64,000 nt of DNA from Chloroflexota bacterium (lineage in GTDB: Bacteria > Chloroflexota > Anaerolineae > Aggregatilineales > J027), in NCBI GenBank assembly GCA_013112715.1, contig JABFGB010000014.1, positions 16,509 through 80,508 on the forward strand, in the 5' to 3' direction. The translations under genes were made by a program, and so were the position numbers. The notes beneath the pieces were generated by a model, which searched no databases, was not told where the DNA came from, and saw only the letters and a list, made by a program, of their open reading frames with translations. Below, piece by piece: positions 37,134-49,505 of the stretch (positions within the stretch are counted from its first letter, which is position 1; every line of letters begins with the position of its first letter).

Positions 37134-39152
37134 TTATTCAGTTGGGAAGTTGAAAGTTGCTACTACGGGGTCGTGGTCAGTCACCGCATAAAGGTTGGTT
37201 GCATCGTCACTGAACTGATACGGATAATCCGAATTAACATGGGCCACCCCAACCGAAGCCAATAAATTCGCCAGCGCGGGTGTCACCAAAATCTGATCGA
37301 GGGTTTGCGTTTGCCCCTGATAAATATAGGTATAGCGCGATACGGCTGGAATTTCATCCCACAAATTATTAAACATCGCATCAAACAAGCTGACTTCCGA
37401 CGAATAGGGATAGTTATTGAGGTCGCCTGCCACGATGAAATAGGCATCGGGATCGACCGCCAACACACTTTGTGCCAATTCGATGTTATAGGCCGCTTGC
37501 CCTTCACGCAGAACATTACTGGCATCGGGGTTGCTGATGAAGTGGTTCGCCGAGACATACACTTCAATATACGGCGATTCTGGTGAGGTCATGCCTTCGG
37601 GGAAAATATGGAACAAGCCCACCAGCGGCGCACGGTCATATTGCGGCGTGCCAATTGCAAACATGCGACTCAAAGATTTGGGATTGCTGATTTCCTGATT
37701 CATCGGAAATTTATCGGCGTTCGGGTCGTCGGGACGTGGGCCAAGAATCGGGTCTTCGGGGGCAATGGGCATGGTCACGCGGTCAGTCCGATAGAGGAAT
37801 GCTTGGGTAATGCCACGAGTATCGGCGCTGTCCCGGTCAATGGCGGGCATATAAATGATTGCGCTATCGGTCAGATGGGCGATTTCGATACTCAAATCTT
37901 CCAGCACATCCGGCAATGCGTTGGCGTTATCGACATCCCCACCGCATGTCCCATAGATTAAACCGCCGCTGACACACACATCCTGATCTTCGACCTCTTG
38001 CAGGGCGATGATGTCGGGCGAGTGCATTGCTTCTACAATTTGACGAGCTAGTTTGGCGATATGGGTCTGATAGGCTTCAAGCGTGCGTGGCACATAATTA
38101 AAGGCCAAATTTTCAGGATTGTCATTGATGTCGAAGGGGTCATTATAAAAATCGTAGAGATTTTCGACATTAAACGTAGCAACCGTAAATTGGGTTGTGG
38201 GGTCAGCGGCGACTATAGGTGTATTTTGATCGGGCGCGACTCCGGCTTGCACTTCGGGGAGGGTATCAATTTGCAGGGTATAGCGAGCAAAGGCATACAC
38301 CAAATTTCCGGTGAGAGGGCTGGTGAAAACCTCATAGGTCGAGTAGGGTGGTAGATTGACGTTGTAATCATACGCCAACCCTTTGAGAACGTTGGCCTCT
38401 ACCGAGATGCGATAGGGGTTATCATTATCCAAACCATCGTCCAAGGCTTCGCTGTCACGGAACACACGCCGCTCATAGAGATTTTCGCGTTGGGCCACCG
38501 GAGCATCCCCGCGCATTACATATACTTCGCTGTCGTTGCTAGAACTATACAGATGTGTTCCCGAAATGACATAACTCATTTCCGGTACAAACACGCGCAT
38601 GGATTCAAGCCGTTCGCTCATCTGGGCAACGGTCAGCGCGTCACCAGTCGGATTGTATTCGACGGCGGGAACGGCGGTGTTTAAATCTTCGACTGCACCA
38701 TCTACGCTTACAAGGTCAATCTCCCGTAGGCGGGTCATGTCATAAAATTCTTCAACCTTACCTTCCACCGTGATGATGTCACCGAGTATAGGTGTGTAAT
38801 CATCAAAAGCAGTTTTCGCGCCAATTAAGACCTGAATGGCATCCGAGGTATTGGGGTCGCTGTCACTGTTTTCGGGTGTTTCTTGCAAGAAAAATAGGTT
38901 TAACTGGCGCCCACTGGTATCAATCATCATCAGATTGGTGATAACACCTTGTACCTGTACACGCTTGTCTCGATAGGGCGATTTAAAGGTTTGAGGTTCG
39001 GCTTCATCATCGCTTACTGCTCCCTGTACCTCGCCGATCTTGAGCAAGGGGATGTCTTGTGAAAATGCTCGTGGACTGGTCATTACAACCGAGCTAATCA
39101 GGATGGAAGAACTCAACAAGAGTGCGACAAGATGGCGTAAAGAGTGTTTCAT
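37134..39152 (-). CDS. Secreted endonuclease/exonuclease/phosphatase-family nuclease (ExeM/NucH-like)
   Basis: Signal peptide. OB-like N-terminal region (IGEVQG...VQVQGVIT). EEP core FTVATFNVENLYDF...DIIALQEVED...GDLNNY...TDHDPVVATF. Confidence 0.8.
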   Translation of the reverse strand: MKHSLRHLVALLLSSSILISSVVMTSPRAFSQDIPLLKIGEVQGAVSDDEAEPQTFKSPYRDKRVQVQGVITNLMMIDTSGRQLNLFFLQETPENSDSDPNTSDAIQVLIGAKTAFDDYTPILGDIITVEGKVEEFYDMTRLREIDLVSVDGAVEDLNTAVPAVEYNPTGDALTVAQMSERLESMRVFVPEMSYVISGTHLYSSSNDSEVYVMRGDAPVAQRENLYERRVFRDSEALDDGLDNDNPYRISVEANVLKGLAYDYNVNLPPYSTYEVFTSPLTGNLVYAFARYTLQIDTLPEVQAGVAPDQNTPIVAADPTTQFTVATFNVENLYDFYNDPFDINDNPENLAFNYVPRTLEAYQTHIAKLARQIVEAMHSPDIIALQEVEDQDVCVSGGLIYGTCGGDVDNANALPDVLEDLSIEIAHLTDSAIIYMPAIDRDSADTRGITQAFLYRTDRVTMPIAPEDPILGPRPDDPNADKFPMNQEISNPKSLSRMFAIGTPQYDRAPLVGLFHIFPEGMTSPESPYIEVYVSANHFISNPDASNVLREGQAAYNIELAQSVLAVDPDAYFIVAGDLNNYPYSSEVSLFDAMFNNLWDEIPAVSRYTYIYQGQTQTLDQILVTPALANLLASVGVAHVNSDYPYQFSDDATNLYAVTDHDPVVATFNFPTE

Positions 39153-39312
39153 TGGCTAGAACTTATCTCCTCCCAGCATTTATCAATAAGCGCATCCATT
39201 TTAACAGGTTGGGCGCAGAAAAACGTATTGTGGAAATTTTTGACTACCTGATATACGCTAGAGTCGTTTTTCCAGTTTGAGAGATTTAGGTAGCAGGAGA
39301 ATATTCAAAAAC

Positions 39313-40839
39313 ATGGCATTTAAGCGAGCAAGCGGTGTCTTGCTGCATCCCACCTCGCTCCCCGGACGACATGGCATTGGTGATTTGGGGGAGGCCGCCT
39401 ACATTTTTATTGATTTCCTCGTCGCAAGCAAACAATCTATCTGGCAAGTTTTACCGCTCGGCCCCACTGGGTATGGGGATTCACCCTATCAATGTTTTTC
39501 GGCGTTTGCTGGCAACCCTATGTTAATTAATTTGGATCGTTTGGTTGAAGAGGGTCTCTTAACGGCTAACGATGTTGTGCCCGACCCCGCTTTTAGCCAT
39601 GAACGGGTGAATTTTGGCCCGGTGATTGCCTATAAAACCGAACGCTTAAAACGAGCCTATGAAAAATTCAAAGCCGATGGGCATCGCGTCCGCCGCATGT
39701 ATGACGAATTTATCCAACGTGAAGCCAGTTGGTTGAACGACTATGCCTTATTTATGGCGCTCAAGCTGGATTATGGTGGTGGCCCTTGGGTTGAATGGCC
39801 GACTGAACTTGTCCGTCGTGAACCCGACGCGCTTGAGGTTGCCCAAACGCGCCTTGCCGACTCCATCGGGTATCAGAAATTTATTCAATGGCTATTTTTT
39901 GAACAATGGCACGATGTCAAACATGCTGCCAATTCCAAAGGGATTCAGATTGTCGGGGACGTGCCGATTTTTGTTGCCCATGATAGCGCCGATGCGTGGG
40001 CCAATCCCCATCTGTTTTATCTTGATGAAGATGGACAGCCAACAGTGGTAGCGGGTGTCCCACCGGATTATTTCAGTGCCACTGGTCAGCGTTGGGGCAA
40101 TCCCCTTTATCGTTGGGATATCATGGCCCAAGATGGTTATGACTGGTGGATTCGCCGCATGAAGGCCACCTTGAATCTGGTAGATATTATCCGCATTGAC
40201 CACTTCCGGGGATTTGAGGCCTATTGGGAAATTCCCGCCACCGAGCCTACCGCCGTAAAAGGCCGCTGGATTGATGGCCCCAAAGCCCATTTCTTTGAAG
40301 CCGTCAAAAATGCGTTGGGTGGGCAGGTGCCTGTGATGGCGGAAAACCTTGGAGTTATCACACCGGGTGTCGAAAATCTGCGCAAGCAGTTTGATATGCC
40401 GGGGATGCGAATTGTGCAGTTTGGCTTCGGCTCTGGCCCCGATAACAACTTCCTGCCCCATAATTATGATAACAATACCGTCGTTTACACAGGCACACAT
40501 GACAACGAAACGATTATGGGGTGGTATCTGCGTAAGGACACGACGGGTACAACGGATGACCCAGAAACGGTCAAGCGTGAACGCTTGTTTGCGACGCGCT
40601 ACGCTAATATCAAAGACCCCGCCGATGCCCATTGGGAGTTTATCCGTTTGGCGTGGATGTCAGTGGCAGATTTGGCGCTGGTTCCAATGCAGGATATTTT
40701 GGGACTTGGCAATGAAGCCCGTATGAACTATCCCAGCAGTGAGAGTGGCAATTGGCAGTGGCGGTATACTCCGGAGCAGCTCAAGGTTGAACACGCGGAA
40801 CGCCTTGCTGAATTAACGCATATGTATTCACGCGATTAG
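39313..40839 (+). CDS. malQ: 4-alpha-glucanotransferase (GH77)
   Basis: GVLLHPTSLPGRHGIGDLG, PLGPTGYGDSPYQCFSAFAGNP, DHFRGF, YTGTHDN. Confidence 0.93.
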   Translation: MAFKRASGVLLHPTSLPGRHGIGDLGEAAYIFIDFLVASKQSIWQVLPLGPTGYGDSPYQCFSAFAGNPMLINLDRLVEEGLLTANDVVPDPAFSHERVNFGPVIAYKTERLKRAYEKFKADGHRVRRMYDEFIQREASWLNDYALFMALKLDYGGGPWVEWPTELVRREPDALEVAQTRLADSIGYQKFIQWLFFEQWHDVKHAANSKGIQIVGDVPIFVAHDSADAWANPHLFYLDEDGQPTVVAGVPPDYFSATGQRWGNPLYRWDIMAQDGYDWWIRRMKATLNLVDIIRIDHFRGFEAYWEIPATEPTAVKGRWIDGPKAHFFEAVKNALGGQVPVMAENLGVITPGVENLRKQFDMPGMRIVQFGFGSGPDNNFLPHNYDNNTVVYTGTHDNETIMGWYLRKDTTGTTDDPETVKRERLFATRYANIKDPADAHWEFIRLAWMSVADLALVPMQDILGLGNEARMNYPSSESGNWQWRYTPEQLKVEHAERLAELTHMYSRD

Positions 40840-40850
40840 GCATAGTCAAA

Positions 40851-42368
40851 ATGGGCAGCACAGCACATTTCACCATTTTGGATGGCGGGTCACTGCATAT
40901 CAGCGACATTATAGGGGTGGCACGGCGTGGGCAGACGGTTGTGCTGCATCGTTCTGCCCGTGAAAAAATCGAGGCCGGACATGAGGTGGTCAAAAACACA
41001 GTAGCACAGGGCAAAGTGGCCTACGGCGTCAATACGGGCTTCGGTAGCCTCAATCGTGTCCGCATTCAACCTGAACAAATCCGACAGGTACAGCGCAACC
41101 TGATTCGCAGCCACGCGGCGGGTATTGGTGATGCCCTACCCGATGAAGTAGTACGCGCGGTCATGGTGGTGATGGCGGCCAGTCTGTGCCGGGGGTATTC
41201 GGGTGTCCGACCTGTCGTGGTTGAGACGCTTGTGAATATTCTAAACGCGGGTATCACCCCCGTTGTACCTTCGCGTGGGTCGGTTGGGGCCAGCGGTGAT
41301 CTTGCACCCCTTTCGCATATCAGCCTCGTGTTGATTGGGGAAGGGGAGGCATGGTTTCAAGGCCAAATAATGAGCGGGGGAGATGCGCTGGAACAAGCGG
41401 GTGTTACCCCACTTGTTTTGGATGCTAAAGAAGGGTTAGCCCTCATTAATGGCACGCATCTGATGTGTGCGATGGCGGCCTTGTTAATCGCCGATATCGA
41501 GCATCTTTTAGCCTCAGCCATCACTGCCGCCGCGCTTTCAATTGATGCTTGTCGCGCCACCGATGCCTTTTTGGATGGTCGGGTGCATATGATTCGCCAA
41601 CAGCAAGGGCAGATGCGCGTGGCGGATCGCCTGCGTACTCTACTTGAAGGCAGCACCATTCTCCCCAGCCATAAAACTGATGACCCACGAGTCCAAGACC
41701 CCTATTCGCTGCGCTGTACACCACAGGTGCTCGGCGCGGCATGGGATATGTTGGATTACGTGACGATCATCATCAACCGTGAACTAAGCGCCGTGACGGA
41801 TAACCCGCTGGTGTTCCCCGACAATGGCGACATCATCAGCGCGGGCAATTTTCATGGGATGCCGATTGCGCTGGCTCTGGATGCTCTCAAAATAGCGGTG
41901 TCGCATATCGCAGGCATTAGCGAACGACGTGTTTACTTTTTGTTAAGCGCTTCCGACAGCGAAAATCCACTCAATCCCCATCTTAGCCCGCAGCCGGGAT
42001 TACACAGCGGCTTGATGATTGCCCAATATACTGCCGCCGCCGCTTGTAATGAAATCCAGACTCTTGCTACCCCAGCGAGTGTGCATAACATTCCAACTAG
42101 TGCTGGCATGGAAGATTACAACAGCATGGGGGCAACCGCCGCCCACCAAGCGTGGCAGGCTGTCCGGTTGGCGACCCATGTGATTGCCATCGAATTACTC
42201 TGTTCGGCAGAGGCGTTGGAATATCAGCGGCCTTTAAGAAGTGGGGTGGGGGTCGAACGCGCCCATACCCGTATCCGCCAACAAGTGCCCCGTTTGACTG
42301 AAGACCGTCCGCCGAACCCCGATATTGAAAAAATCGTTCAACTGATTCGACAGGGAGTTTTTGATTAA
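40851..42368 (+). CDS. hutH: Histidine ammonia-lyase
   Basis: MIO-forming [14 protein letters not shown], plus YGVNTGFG and QDPYSLRC. Confidence 0.95.
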   Translation: MGSTAHFTILDGGSLHISDIIGVARRGQTVVLHRSAREKIEAGHEVVKNTVAQGKVAYGVNTGFGSLNRVRIQPEQIRQVQRNLIRSHAAGIGDALPDEVVRAVMVVMAASLCRGYSGVRPVVVETLVNILNAGITPVVPSRGSVGASGDLAPLSHISLVLIGEGEAWFQGQIMSGGDALEQAGVTPLVLDAKEGLALINGTHLMCAMAALLIADIEHLLASAITAAALSIDACRATDAFLDGRVHMIRQQQGQMRVADRLRTLLEGSTILPSHKTDDPRVQDPYSLRCTPQVLGAAWDMLDYVTIIINRELSAVTDNPLVFPDNGDIISAGNFHGMPIALALDALKIAVSHIAGISERRVYFLLSASDSENPLNPHLSPQPGLHSGLMIAQYTAAAACNEIQTLATPASVHNIPTSAGMEDYNSMGATAAHQAWQAVRLATHVIAIELLCSAEALEYQRPLRSGVGVERAHTRIRQQVPRLTEDRPPNPDIEKIVQLIRQGVFD

Positions 42369-42369
42369 C

Positions 42370-44025
42370 ATGACCCGTGTAATCCGTGCGCCGCGTGGTT
42401 CACAACTGCAATGCAAGGGGTGGTTGCAAGAGGCCGCCCTGCGTATGTTGATGAATAATCTTGACCCCGAAGTGGCGGAAGACCCCGCGAACCTGATTGT
42501 TTATGGGGGCAGGGGGCAGGCCGCCCGCAATTGGGACGCCTTTGATGCAATTGTCCGCACCCTGCAAGCGCTAGAAAATGATGAAACCCTGCTGGTGCAG
42601 AGCGGTAAACCCATCGGTGTCCTCAAAACTACCCCCGATGCGCCGCGTGTCCTCATCGCCAACAGCAACCTTGTGCCACATTGGGCCACCCAAGAACATT
42701 TTGATGCCCTTGCCGCTAAGGGGCTTATCATGTACGGGCAAATGACGGCAGGCAGTTGGATTTATATCGGTACGCAGGGCATTTTGCAGGGCACCTATGA
42801 AACGCTGGCGGAGGCGGCCCGGCGTCATTTTAACGGCACATTACGCGGCACACTCACGGTTACGGCGGGTCTCGGAGGCATGGGTGGCGCACAACCCCTA
42901 GCGGTGACGATGAATGAAGGGGTGTGCTTGATTGCCGAAGTAGACGAACATCGTATCCAGCGCCGCATCGAAACCCGTTATTTGGATGAATGGACAACTG
43001 ATTTGGAGCAGGGGATTCAACGGGCGCTTGAAGCCAAGAATCGTGGTGAGGCCATCAGTATTGGTGTATTGGCGAACGCCTCCGATTTATACGAAACCCT
43101 GCTCAATAGCAACATTATCCCCGAAATTGTCACCGATCAGACACCTGCCCACGACGTCATGATGTACGTCCCTACCCATATGCCTTATGAAACTGCCGTC
43201 GAATTACGTACCTCCGACCCCGCCGCCTATCATGATGCCAGCTTGATGACCATGCGGCGCTCGGTAGAGGCGATGGTCGCCCTGCAAAAACGCGGCTCAG
43301 TGGTGTTTGATTATGGCAATAACATCCGTCAGCGGGCTTATGATGCCGGATTTGAGGAGGCATTTGCCTTCCCCGGTTTTGTGCCTGCGTTTGTCCGCCC
43401 CCTCTTTTGTGAGGGCAAAGGCCCATTCCGCTGGGTGGCCCTTTCCGGCGACCCACAGGATATTTATCGTACCGACCAAGCCATCCTTGATTTATTTCCC
43501 AAAGATGTAGCCCTGTATCGCTGGATTAAAAAGGCGCAGGAGAGAGTAGCTTTTCAAGGACTGCCCGCCCGCATTTGTTGGTTAGGACAGGGGGCACGCG
43601 CCAAAGCAGGCTTGGCCTTTAATGAATTAGTCGCCAAAGGGGAAGTCAGTGCCCCGATTGTGATTGGCCGCGATCATCTGGATACGGGGAGTGTTGCCAG
43701 CCCCAACCGCGAAACGGAGTCTATGCTGGATGGTACGGATGCCGTCAGCGATTGGCCTTTGCTCAATCTAATGGTCAATGTTGCCAGCGGCGCGACATGG
43801 GTCAGTTTTCATCATGGCGGGGGTGTCGGGATCGGTTTTAGTCAGCACGCCGGACAGGTGATTGTTGCGGATGGCACGCCACAAGCTGCCGCTCGTTTGC
43901 AGCGCGTTTTGACCAATGACCCGGCGATGGGGGTTTTGCGCCATGCCGATGCAGGCTACGACCTTGCCGTTGAAACTGCGGACAAGAACGGCCTTGTAAT
44001 CCCAACTAGAGAAAAGCTACCATGA
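42370..44025 (+). CDS. hutU: Urocanate hydratase
   Basis: [18 protein letters not shown]..., [33 protein letters not shown] 42370 lies just after the hutH stop. Confidence 0.95.
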   Translation: MTRVIRAPRGSQLQCKGWLQEAALRMLMNNLDPEVAEDPANLIVYGGRGQAARNWDAFDAIVRTLQALENDETLLVQSGKPIGVLKTTPDAPRVLIANSNLVPHWATQEHFDALAAKGLIMYGQMTAGSWIYIGTQGILQGTYETLAEAARRHFNGTLRGTLTVTAGLGGMGGAQPLAVTMNEGVCLIAEVDEHRIQRRIETRYLDEWTTDLEQGIQRALEAKNRGEAISIGVLANASDLYETLLNSNIIPEIVTDQTPAHDVMMYVPTHMPYETAVELRTSDPAAYHDASLMTMRRSVEAMVALQKRGSVVFDYGNNIRQRAYDAGFEEAFAFPGFVPAFVRPLFCEGKGPFRWVALSGDPQDIYRTDQAILDLFPKDVALYRWIKKAQERVAFQGLPARICWLGQGARAKAGLAFNELVAKGEVSAPIVIGRDHLDTGSVASPNRETESMLDGTDAVSDWPLLNLMVNVASGATWVSFHHGGGVGIGFSQHAGQVIVADGTPQAAARLQRVLTNDPAMGVLRHADAGYDLAVETADKNGLVIPTREKLP

Positions 44026-45389
44026 ACTCATTTCGCTATTCTCTACGTGTCAATCTGCTGAATCTGCGCCACAATTATTGGTTTATCCCACTATTGATGA
44101 TGGTGGGGGCAATGCTGCTCGCCTCGATCATGCTCGAACTGGATCGGCGTATCAACACCAAAACCCTTGAAGCATTAGGCCTGTTTTATGACGGTGATAT
44201 TGATGGTGAGCGCCTGCTGCTGGCGACGATTGCCGGATCAATGATTACCGTAGCAGGAGTCGTGTTTTCGATAGTGATGGTCGCGCTGTCATTTACTTCG
44301 ACCCAGTCTGGGCCGCGCTTGCTTATCAACTTTATGCGTGATCGTGGTACGCAGATTGTGCTTGGCGTCTTTACCGCAACGTTCATCTACAGCCTTCTAG
44401 TCTTGCGCACCATCCGCGCGGCGGACTCTGAAAATGGCAATCTGCCACATTTGTCTGTCACTGTCGGTATTGTATTGGCCGTCCTAAGTTTTGGCGTCTT
44501 GATTTACTTCATCCATCACACTGCTGAAGCGATTCAAATCCCCAACCTCATTGCCCGCGTAGGGAGTGATTTACATGAAGCCGTCCATGCTAATTTCCCC
44601 CAAGCTACAGCGTCTGAGTTGAATTCACCCTATCCAGCCATTGAGCAGACTATTGCCGAACTTCCTTATCCACTTACTGAATTGATCAAGAGTCCGCGCA
44701 GTGGTTATCTACGACTGATTGACTTTGGGATGTTGGCGGAAATTGCCATCTCCCACAATTACGTGATATGGGTGCGCCATCACCCCGGTGATTTTGTTTC
44801 GGCAGGGGGTACATTGGCAAAAATTTGGTCGGAGAAGCCCATTGAGGCAACGACTAAGGCCGACCTTGAAATTGCCTTTGTAACGGATACCCATCGTTCA
44901 CCCGATTACGATATGGAGTTTTTATTTAATGAACTGGTGGAGGTCGGTTTGCGGGCAATCTCACCTGCCATCAATGACCCCTTTACTGCGATGAGTTGTT
45001 TGGACTGGCTAGGAGCGGCGCTATGCCAAATTGCCGAACGGCAGCTGCCATCCCCGTATCATTATGATGAAAATGGCATACTACGCCTAATCTGTTACGC
45101 GCCAAGCTTCAAAGGCCTGATGGATGACGCTTTTAATCAGCTTCGTCAATATGGACAATCCAGTGTAGCTGTAACCATTCGTTTGTTGGAGACCTTACAA
45201 ACGATTGCGGAACGGCTGTATCGTATAGAGGATTTTGAGGTCGTCAAACGCCATGCATCCATGACACTGCATGGGTCAACCTTGACACCCCTTGAAGCAA
45301 CTGACCGTGAAGATATTGAATCGGCGTATCAGGCTGTTATTGATACTCTTGAACAGCGGAAAACTCTCGTTGGATCCGCAGAAGCATAA
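44022..45389 (+). CDS. DUF2254-like membrane protein
   Basis: N-terminal TM bundle ([16 protein letters not shown]...) plus a soluble C-terminal half. ATGA overlap with hutU. Confidence 0.6.
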   Translation: MNSFRYSLRVNLLNLRHNYWFIPLLMMVGAMLLASIMLELDRRINTKTLEALGLFYDGDIDGERLLLATIAGSMITVAGVVFSIVMVALSFTSTQSGPRLLINFMRDRGTQIVLGVFTATFIYSLLVLRTIRAADSENGNLPHLSVTVGIVLAVLSFGVLIYFIHHTAEAIQIPNLIARVGSDLHEAVHANFPQATASELNSPYPAIEQTIAELPYPLTELIKSPRSGYLRLIDFGMLAEIAISHNYVIWVRHHPGDFVSAGGTLAKIWSEKPIEATTKADLEIAFVTDTHRSPDYDMEFLFNELVEVGLRAISPAINDPFTAMSCLDWLGAALCQIAERQLPSPYHYDENGILRLICYAPSFKGLMDDAFNQLRQYGQSSVAVTIRLLETLQTIAERLYRIEDFEVVKRHASMTLHGSTLTPLEATDREDIESAYQAVIDTLEQRKTLVGSAEA

Positions 45390-45463
45390 CCAACCCCGGA
45401 AATTGCAGGGAGAATATGCCGGGGCGGTCTTTTGGGAAAGTCGCCAATATAGACGTTGGCTGG

Positions 45464-46729
45464 CTACTCGGAATAGCTATCAAGAATGGAGTTAGCGGCC
45501 TCAATGTCACCTGAAATGACTTTCGAGAATACCTCGTCTAATTGACTATCATCTATATGGGCTTTTCTCAGTTTAAATAGGCGCAATGGGAGTTCCAACT
45601 GTTCAGCGGTAAAGGCGAAATTAGCCCCGTCGAATGTGCTGCGAGTTTCTTGCAGCATTGCCAAATATTGATAACCAAACTCCTCCGTAGGCTCGATAAT
45701 CGTTCCCTCGCCATAATCATTCCATGTGATGAGTTGGACAATATCCGGATTTTGGTCAAGCGCCATTTGCAGGGTATAACGAAACGTCTCGCCGCCCTCA
45801 GCATCCAAATAGCCGTAGCTGTCACGTACACCTGCCTCCGCATAAATATCATGGAAGCCGGGGAAAGCTCCGCCCACCACAAAATCCTTACGGGCAGCCT
45901 TGCGATAAAAATCACTGAGATAGGCTTCAATGGCCGCACGGTTATAGGTAACACCGCCTTGTATGGGGGGCCAAGGATAGCTGCACAGCGCGTTGGAAAC
46001 ATTGTGTTTATCGAGGGTAATCAGTGCTGGTTGGGGTTCGAGTCCTGTAAACAGGGTTTCCCAATCGCTGGCACTCTTGAAATACTGTGGGCCGAAAGTG
46101 AACAGTAACGGTTGTCCATTGGCCTTGAGATAGTTTTCTTTTGTGAACCACTGTTTCTGCGCAAAGTTCATATCCGCTTGCCCATAGGTGAGTCGTTCGT
46201 TTTCTTCAATATGCCCGCTCTCTACCATGTGCATGACCGTCTGGTCTTCATAACATAGCGAAAACAGCAGCCCTGCCTGCTCGATATATTCAAACAGCTT
46301 AATAGTGGCATCGTTAAGATCGGCATAGTCACGGAAATTTTCGATGCCATACCAATCCACAATGACCCCATCAATACCACTGAGTTTCATCAGCAGCACT
46401 TGATATTCCAACAAATCGGGGTCGCTGGAATCATATGGCCCAGTCAACGGCATATAATGGGAAGCGATCTCCGGACGACCATTTTCATCCGTCACACGCG
46501 GATTAAAATGCTCCATCGTCCAATGCCAGCCCCAATGATAGCTGATTTCAGGGGTTTGATACCAAGGCATGTAGTGAACCATCAAAAGTGGACGACCTGC
46601 TGTTTGGCGCATGTTTCGGGCAGCCTTTGATTCGGGTGTCGAGAACGCATAGCTGGTATTGTAATGCAGAGCTTGTCCAATGAGCAGTGCTCCAGCCCCT
46701 TTAAAAAATGTTCGACGTGAAATAGGCAT
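45464..46729 (-). CDS. Tat-signal glycoside-hydrolase-like protein (GH71/GH99-like TIM barrel, family uncertain)
   Basis: Twin-arginine signal SRRTFFKGAG. MVHYMPWY, IDGVIVDWYG, ITWNDYGEGTIIEPT. Confidence 0.55.
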   Translation of the reverse strand: MPISRRTFFKGAGALLIGQALHYNTSYAFSTPESKAARNMRQTAGRPLLMVHYMPWYQTPEISYHWGWHWTMEHFNPRVTDENGRPEIASHYMPLTGPYDSSDPDLLEYQVLLMKLSGIDGVIVDWYGIENFRDYADLNDATIKLFEYIEQAGLLFSLCYEDQTVMHMVESGHIEENERLTYGQADMNFAQKQWFTKENYLKANGQPLLFTFGPQYFKSASDWETLFTGLEPQPALITLDKHNVSNALCSYPWPPIQGGVTYNRAAIEAYLSDFYRKAARKDFVVGGAFPGFHDIYAEAGVRDSYGYLDAEGGETFRYTLQMALDQNPDIVQLITWNDYGEGTIIEPTEEFGYQYLAMLQETRSTFDGANFAFTAEQLELPLRLFKLRKAHIDDSQLDEVFSKVISGDIEAANSILDSYSE

Positions 46730-46777
46730 GATGATTTTCCTTCGTTCACGAATAGATAAAAAGGTGCTCGTGTTGTG

Positions 46778-49456
46778 TCAGGGGGTATTTTCTCGATACC
46801 CTTCCGATGCCGTCCACAAATTGAGATAGTCAATTTGGGCGTGCCATTGCGTATGGTGTACCTGTTCCTCATAAGCGCCGTGTCGCCAAACATTGACGGG
46901 AGGGGTAAGGGTCGTGAAACGTGGCAACACGCCGTTGGTGTGATTGACCGAGCGTAAAAATCCAAAATGGAGATAAGCGTCACGATAGCGATAGGTGATA
47001 AGGGGGTTCTCGGTATTGTTCCAGATCACCATCCTGATGGGTTTTTCGGTGTCGGTGACGATATATAAGCCGGCCTCGCAAAGCACTTCAAACAACACTC
47101 GGCTTTGTGAATCCGACAGTGCGATGATATAAGGTGCTAATTGAGCAGGGTCGGCCATAATCGCATCTATCTCGTCAGCTATTCGGTTGCGTACCCCGGT
47201 ATGCAGCTTAAAAAATCGCACGTGATGGAGCAAAGTCTCACGTTTTCGAGAGCGATGGGAGAGCAGGGAACCCGATGGGCTTTCCAACACCAATTGTAGG
47301 CCCGTTTGTCGGTCTAGTTGAATCGCCGTCAGGTGGAGGGTCTCGGTGTTTACATCATAGCGCTGGTCAATGGAATGCCCATTTGCAGTAACCTCGACCC
47401 GTTCGGCGACCCCGTGAATATGGATATGGAAAAGCCGTTGTTCTGGAATGAGTGTAGTGTCACCAGAAGGGGCATCCATGACCAATTCCAGCTTTTGGCC
47501 CGACCAATGCTGAGTAAAACGGGTCTCGCAAAAATGACCCTGAGCGAATGCGGTGGTCTCGCCATCGTCCTCATACAACGTAAACGTATTATCCGCACCT
47601 GCAAAAACATGGATATGCAGTTCGCTCGGATTGCCAACCCCATTGAGTCCGTTTGCAAGGGGGATAATTGCACCTGCTTTGGCGAGTAAGGGGATGTCGC
47701 CTAATCTACCATAGATCGCGTGCCAGCGATTTCCAGCGAAGTGTTCCCCGCTAAAGAAGTGAACCCAATCACCTTCGGGCAGCCATACCACTTGGCGGCT
47801 TAACTGAGTATCAGGGTCGGCGGGATGGACATAGGGCGCGACGATTAATTCAGTGCCAAATAGATATTGGTGTGGACAATGATAGGCTTCTTCGTTTTCG
47901 GGATACTCATAATACATAGGCTGCGTTAGAGGAAGGCTGTCTTGATGGGCGCGGCGGGCCATTGTATAGAGATAGGGGATCAAGGCATGGCGTAATTGCA
48001 AAGCTTCACGCAGCACCTTTAAGACTTCGGCATCTTCAAAAGCCCAAGGCCGCTGGTCATAATATTCCCCTTTGCCGACATGTAAGCGCATAATCGGGCT
48101 GAACACGCCAAACTGCACCCAGCGTACAAACAGTTCGCTGTCCTGCACGCCGCCTGTATGTCCACCAATATCGTGACTCCACCAACCATAAGCGATGTTG
48201 GTCGCGGTGGGGGTCATATAGGTTTGGAAACGCAGCGAGTCCCATGTGCGGTAAGTGTCGCCGGAAAAGCCAATGGGATAACGTTGGTGGCCTTCGTTGC
48301 CCCAGCGCGAAAAGATAAACGGGCGGCGCGAACCATCACGACCTAAATCATAAAAATGCAGATGATTAATTAACCACAGTGGATCAAGGCCGGGCAGAGA
48401 GCATTTCTGACCTTGCTGCCAATCTACCCACCAGAAATCAATGCCCATCGCCTCATACGGGTGGTGCAGAACTTCAAAGTACGCTTTGGCAAACTCCGGG
48501 TTGGCAATATCAAAAGCCACTGGTTGCTTGGTGCCGGGGTCAATGCCCATACGCCGTGCCATTTCGGGATATTGGGCCTCGTGGTCATGGATGCCTTCCG
48601 CAGGATGAAGATTCAGGGCTGTTTTTAGACCCTTACGATGGAAAAATTCAATCAAGCCATCGGGGTCGGGGAACAAGTCACGATTCCAAGTATAGCCTGT
48701 CCAACCCGTACTGCCGTTGTGGGTTTCGGTGAGATGCCAATCCATATCTACGATGCACACCGAAAACGGCAGTTGGTAATCCTCAAAATCTTCAATCAAC
48801 TGCACAAGGTCGGCTTGGGTATAGTTCCAATAACGACTCCACCAATTCCCCAAAATCCAGCGTGGTATCATGGGCATTGGCCCACTGATATGGCAGTAAT
48901 CACGGAGGCAGGCTTTGTAATCGTGCCCATAGCCGAAAAAGTACCAATCTATTCCCCCAGCAGCACGTGGCTCAATCCAAAAGTCGTCATTAAAAACAAA
49001 GGTAGTTGAATCATCAAGCACCGACCAGCCCTGCCGCGACATTAGACCCTGTGTCAGCGGGGTATAGCCATTGATGAAATCCAGCGTGCGGGTAGTGCCA
49101 CCCAGATTACCATCGGGATTGTCACCGGGATGCCACACCACACCTGTTTCTTTGAGTGTGATAGCAAGGTTATCCGCGCCGAATGGCTCACCGGTCTCAC
49201 AGTATTCGAGGCGCAGATAGGCCGTTTCGATTTCAACGGCGTTGGCTGTGAAGCGGGATGTAAATCCGGGTACAGGTTGATCTCGATACCAAAATGCTTG
49301 GCTTGCCCGGTCTTCAAAAATTCTGTCTGGGTGATACTCAAGCCGAATCAGGCGATCAGTCAGAACAGAAAAACGCGCTGTACCAAATTGGATGACGACC
49401 TCATCATTGGCGATGGGGCTGAGATGGACATGAAAATGTTCGGGTAAAACCGACAT
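46778..49456 (-). CDS. GH31-family alpha-glycosidase
   Basis: GIDFWWVDWQQG, YPIGFSGDT, WSHDIGGH. GGAGAA lies upstream of ATG 49456; the longest ORF reaches 49498. Confidence 0.8.
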   Translation of the reverse strand: MSVLPEHFHVHLSPIANDEVVIQFGTARFSVLTDRLIRLEYHPDRIFEDRASQAFWYRDQPVPGFTSRFTANAVEIETAYLRLEYCETGEPFGADNLAITLKETGVVWHPGDNPDGNLGGTTRTLDFINGYTPLTQGLMSRQGWSVLDDSTTFVFNDDFWIEPRAAGGIDWYFFGYGHDYKACLRDYCHISGPMPMIPRWILGNWWSRYWNYTQADLVQLIEDFEDYQLPFSVCIVDMDWHLTETHNGSTGWTGYTWNRDLFPDPDGLIEFFHRKGLKTALNLHPAEGIHDHEAQYPEMARRMGIDPGTKQPVAFDIANPEFAKAYFEVLHHPYEAMGIDFWWVDWQQGQKCSLPGLDPLWLINHLHFYDLGRDGSRRPFIFSRWGNEGHQRYPIGFSGDTYRTWDSLRFQTYMTPTATNIAYGWWSHDIGGHTGGVQDSELFVRWVQFGVFSPIMRLHVGKGEYYDQRPWAFEDAEVLKVLREALQLRHALIPYLYTMARRAHQDSLPLTQPMYYEYPENEEAYHCPHQYLFGTELIVAPYVHPADPDTQLSRQVVWLPEGDWVHFFSGEHFAGNRWHAIYGRLGDIPLLAKAGAIIPLANGLNGVGNPSELHIHVFAGADNTFTLYEDDGETTAFAQGHFCETRFTQHWSGQKLELVMDAPSGDTTLIPEQRLFHIHIHGVAERVEVTANGHSIDQRYDVNTETLHLTAIQLDRQTGLQLVLESPSGSLLSHRSRKRETLLHHVRFFKLHTGVRNRIADEIDAIMADPAQLAPYIIALSDSQSRVLFEVLCEAGLYIVTDTEKPIRMVIWNNTENPLITYRYRDAYLHFGFLRSVNHTNGVLPRFTTLTPPVNVWRHGAYEEQVHHTQWHAQIDYLNLWTASEGYRENTP

Positions 49457-49505
49457 AACGCTATTCTCCAAAGAAGTGGGTCGCTGCTGAATGATCACAA
49501 CCGAG

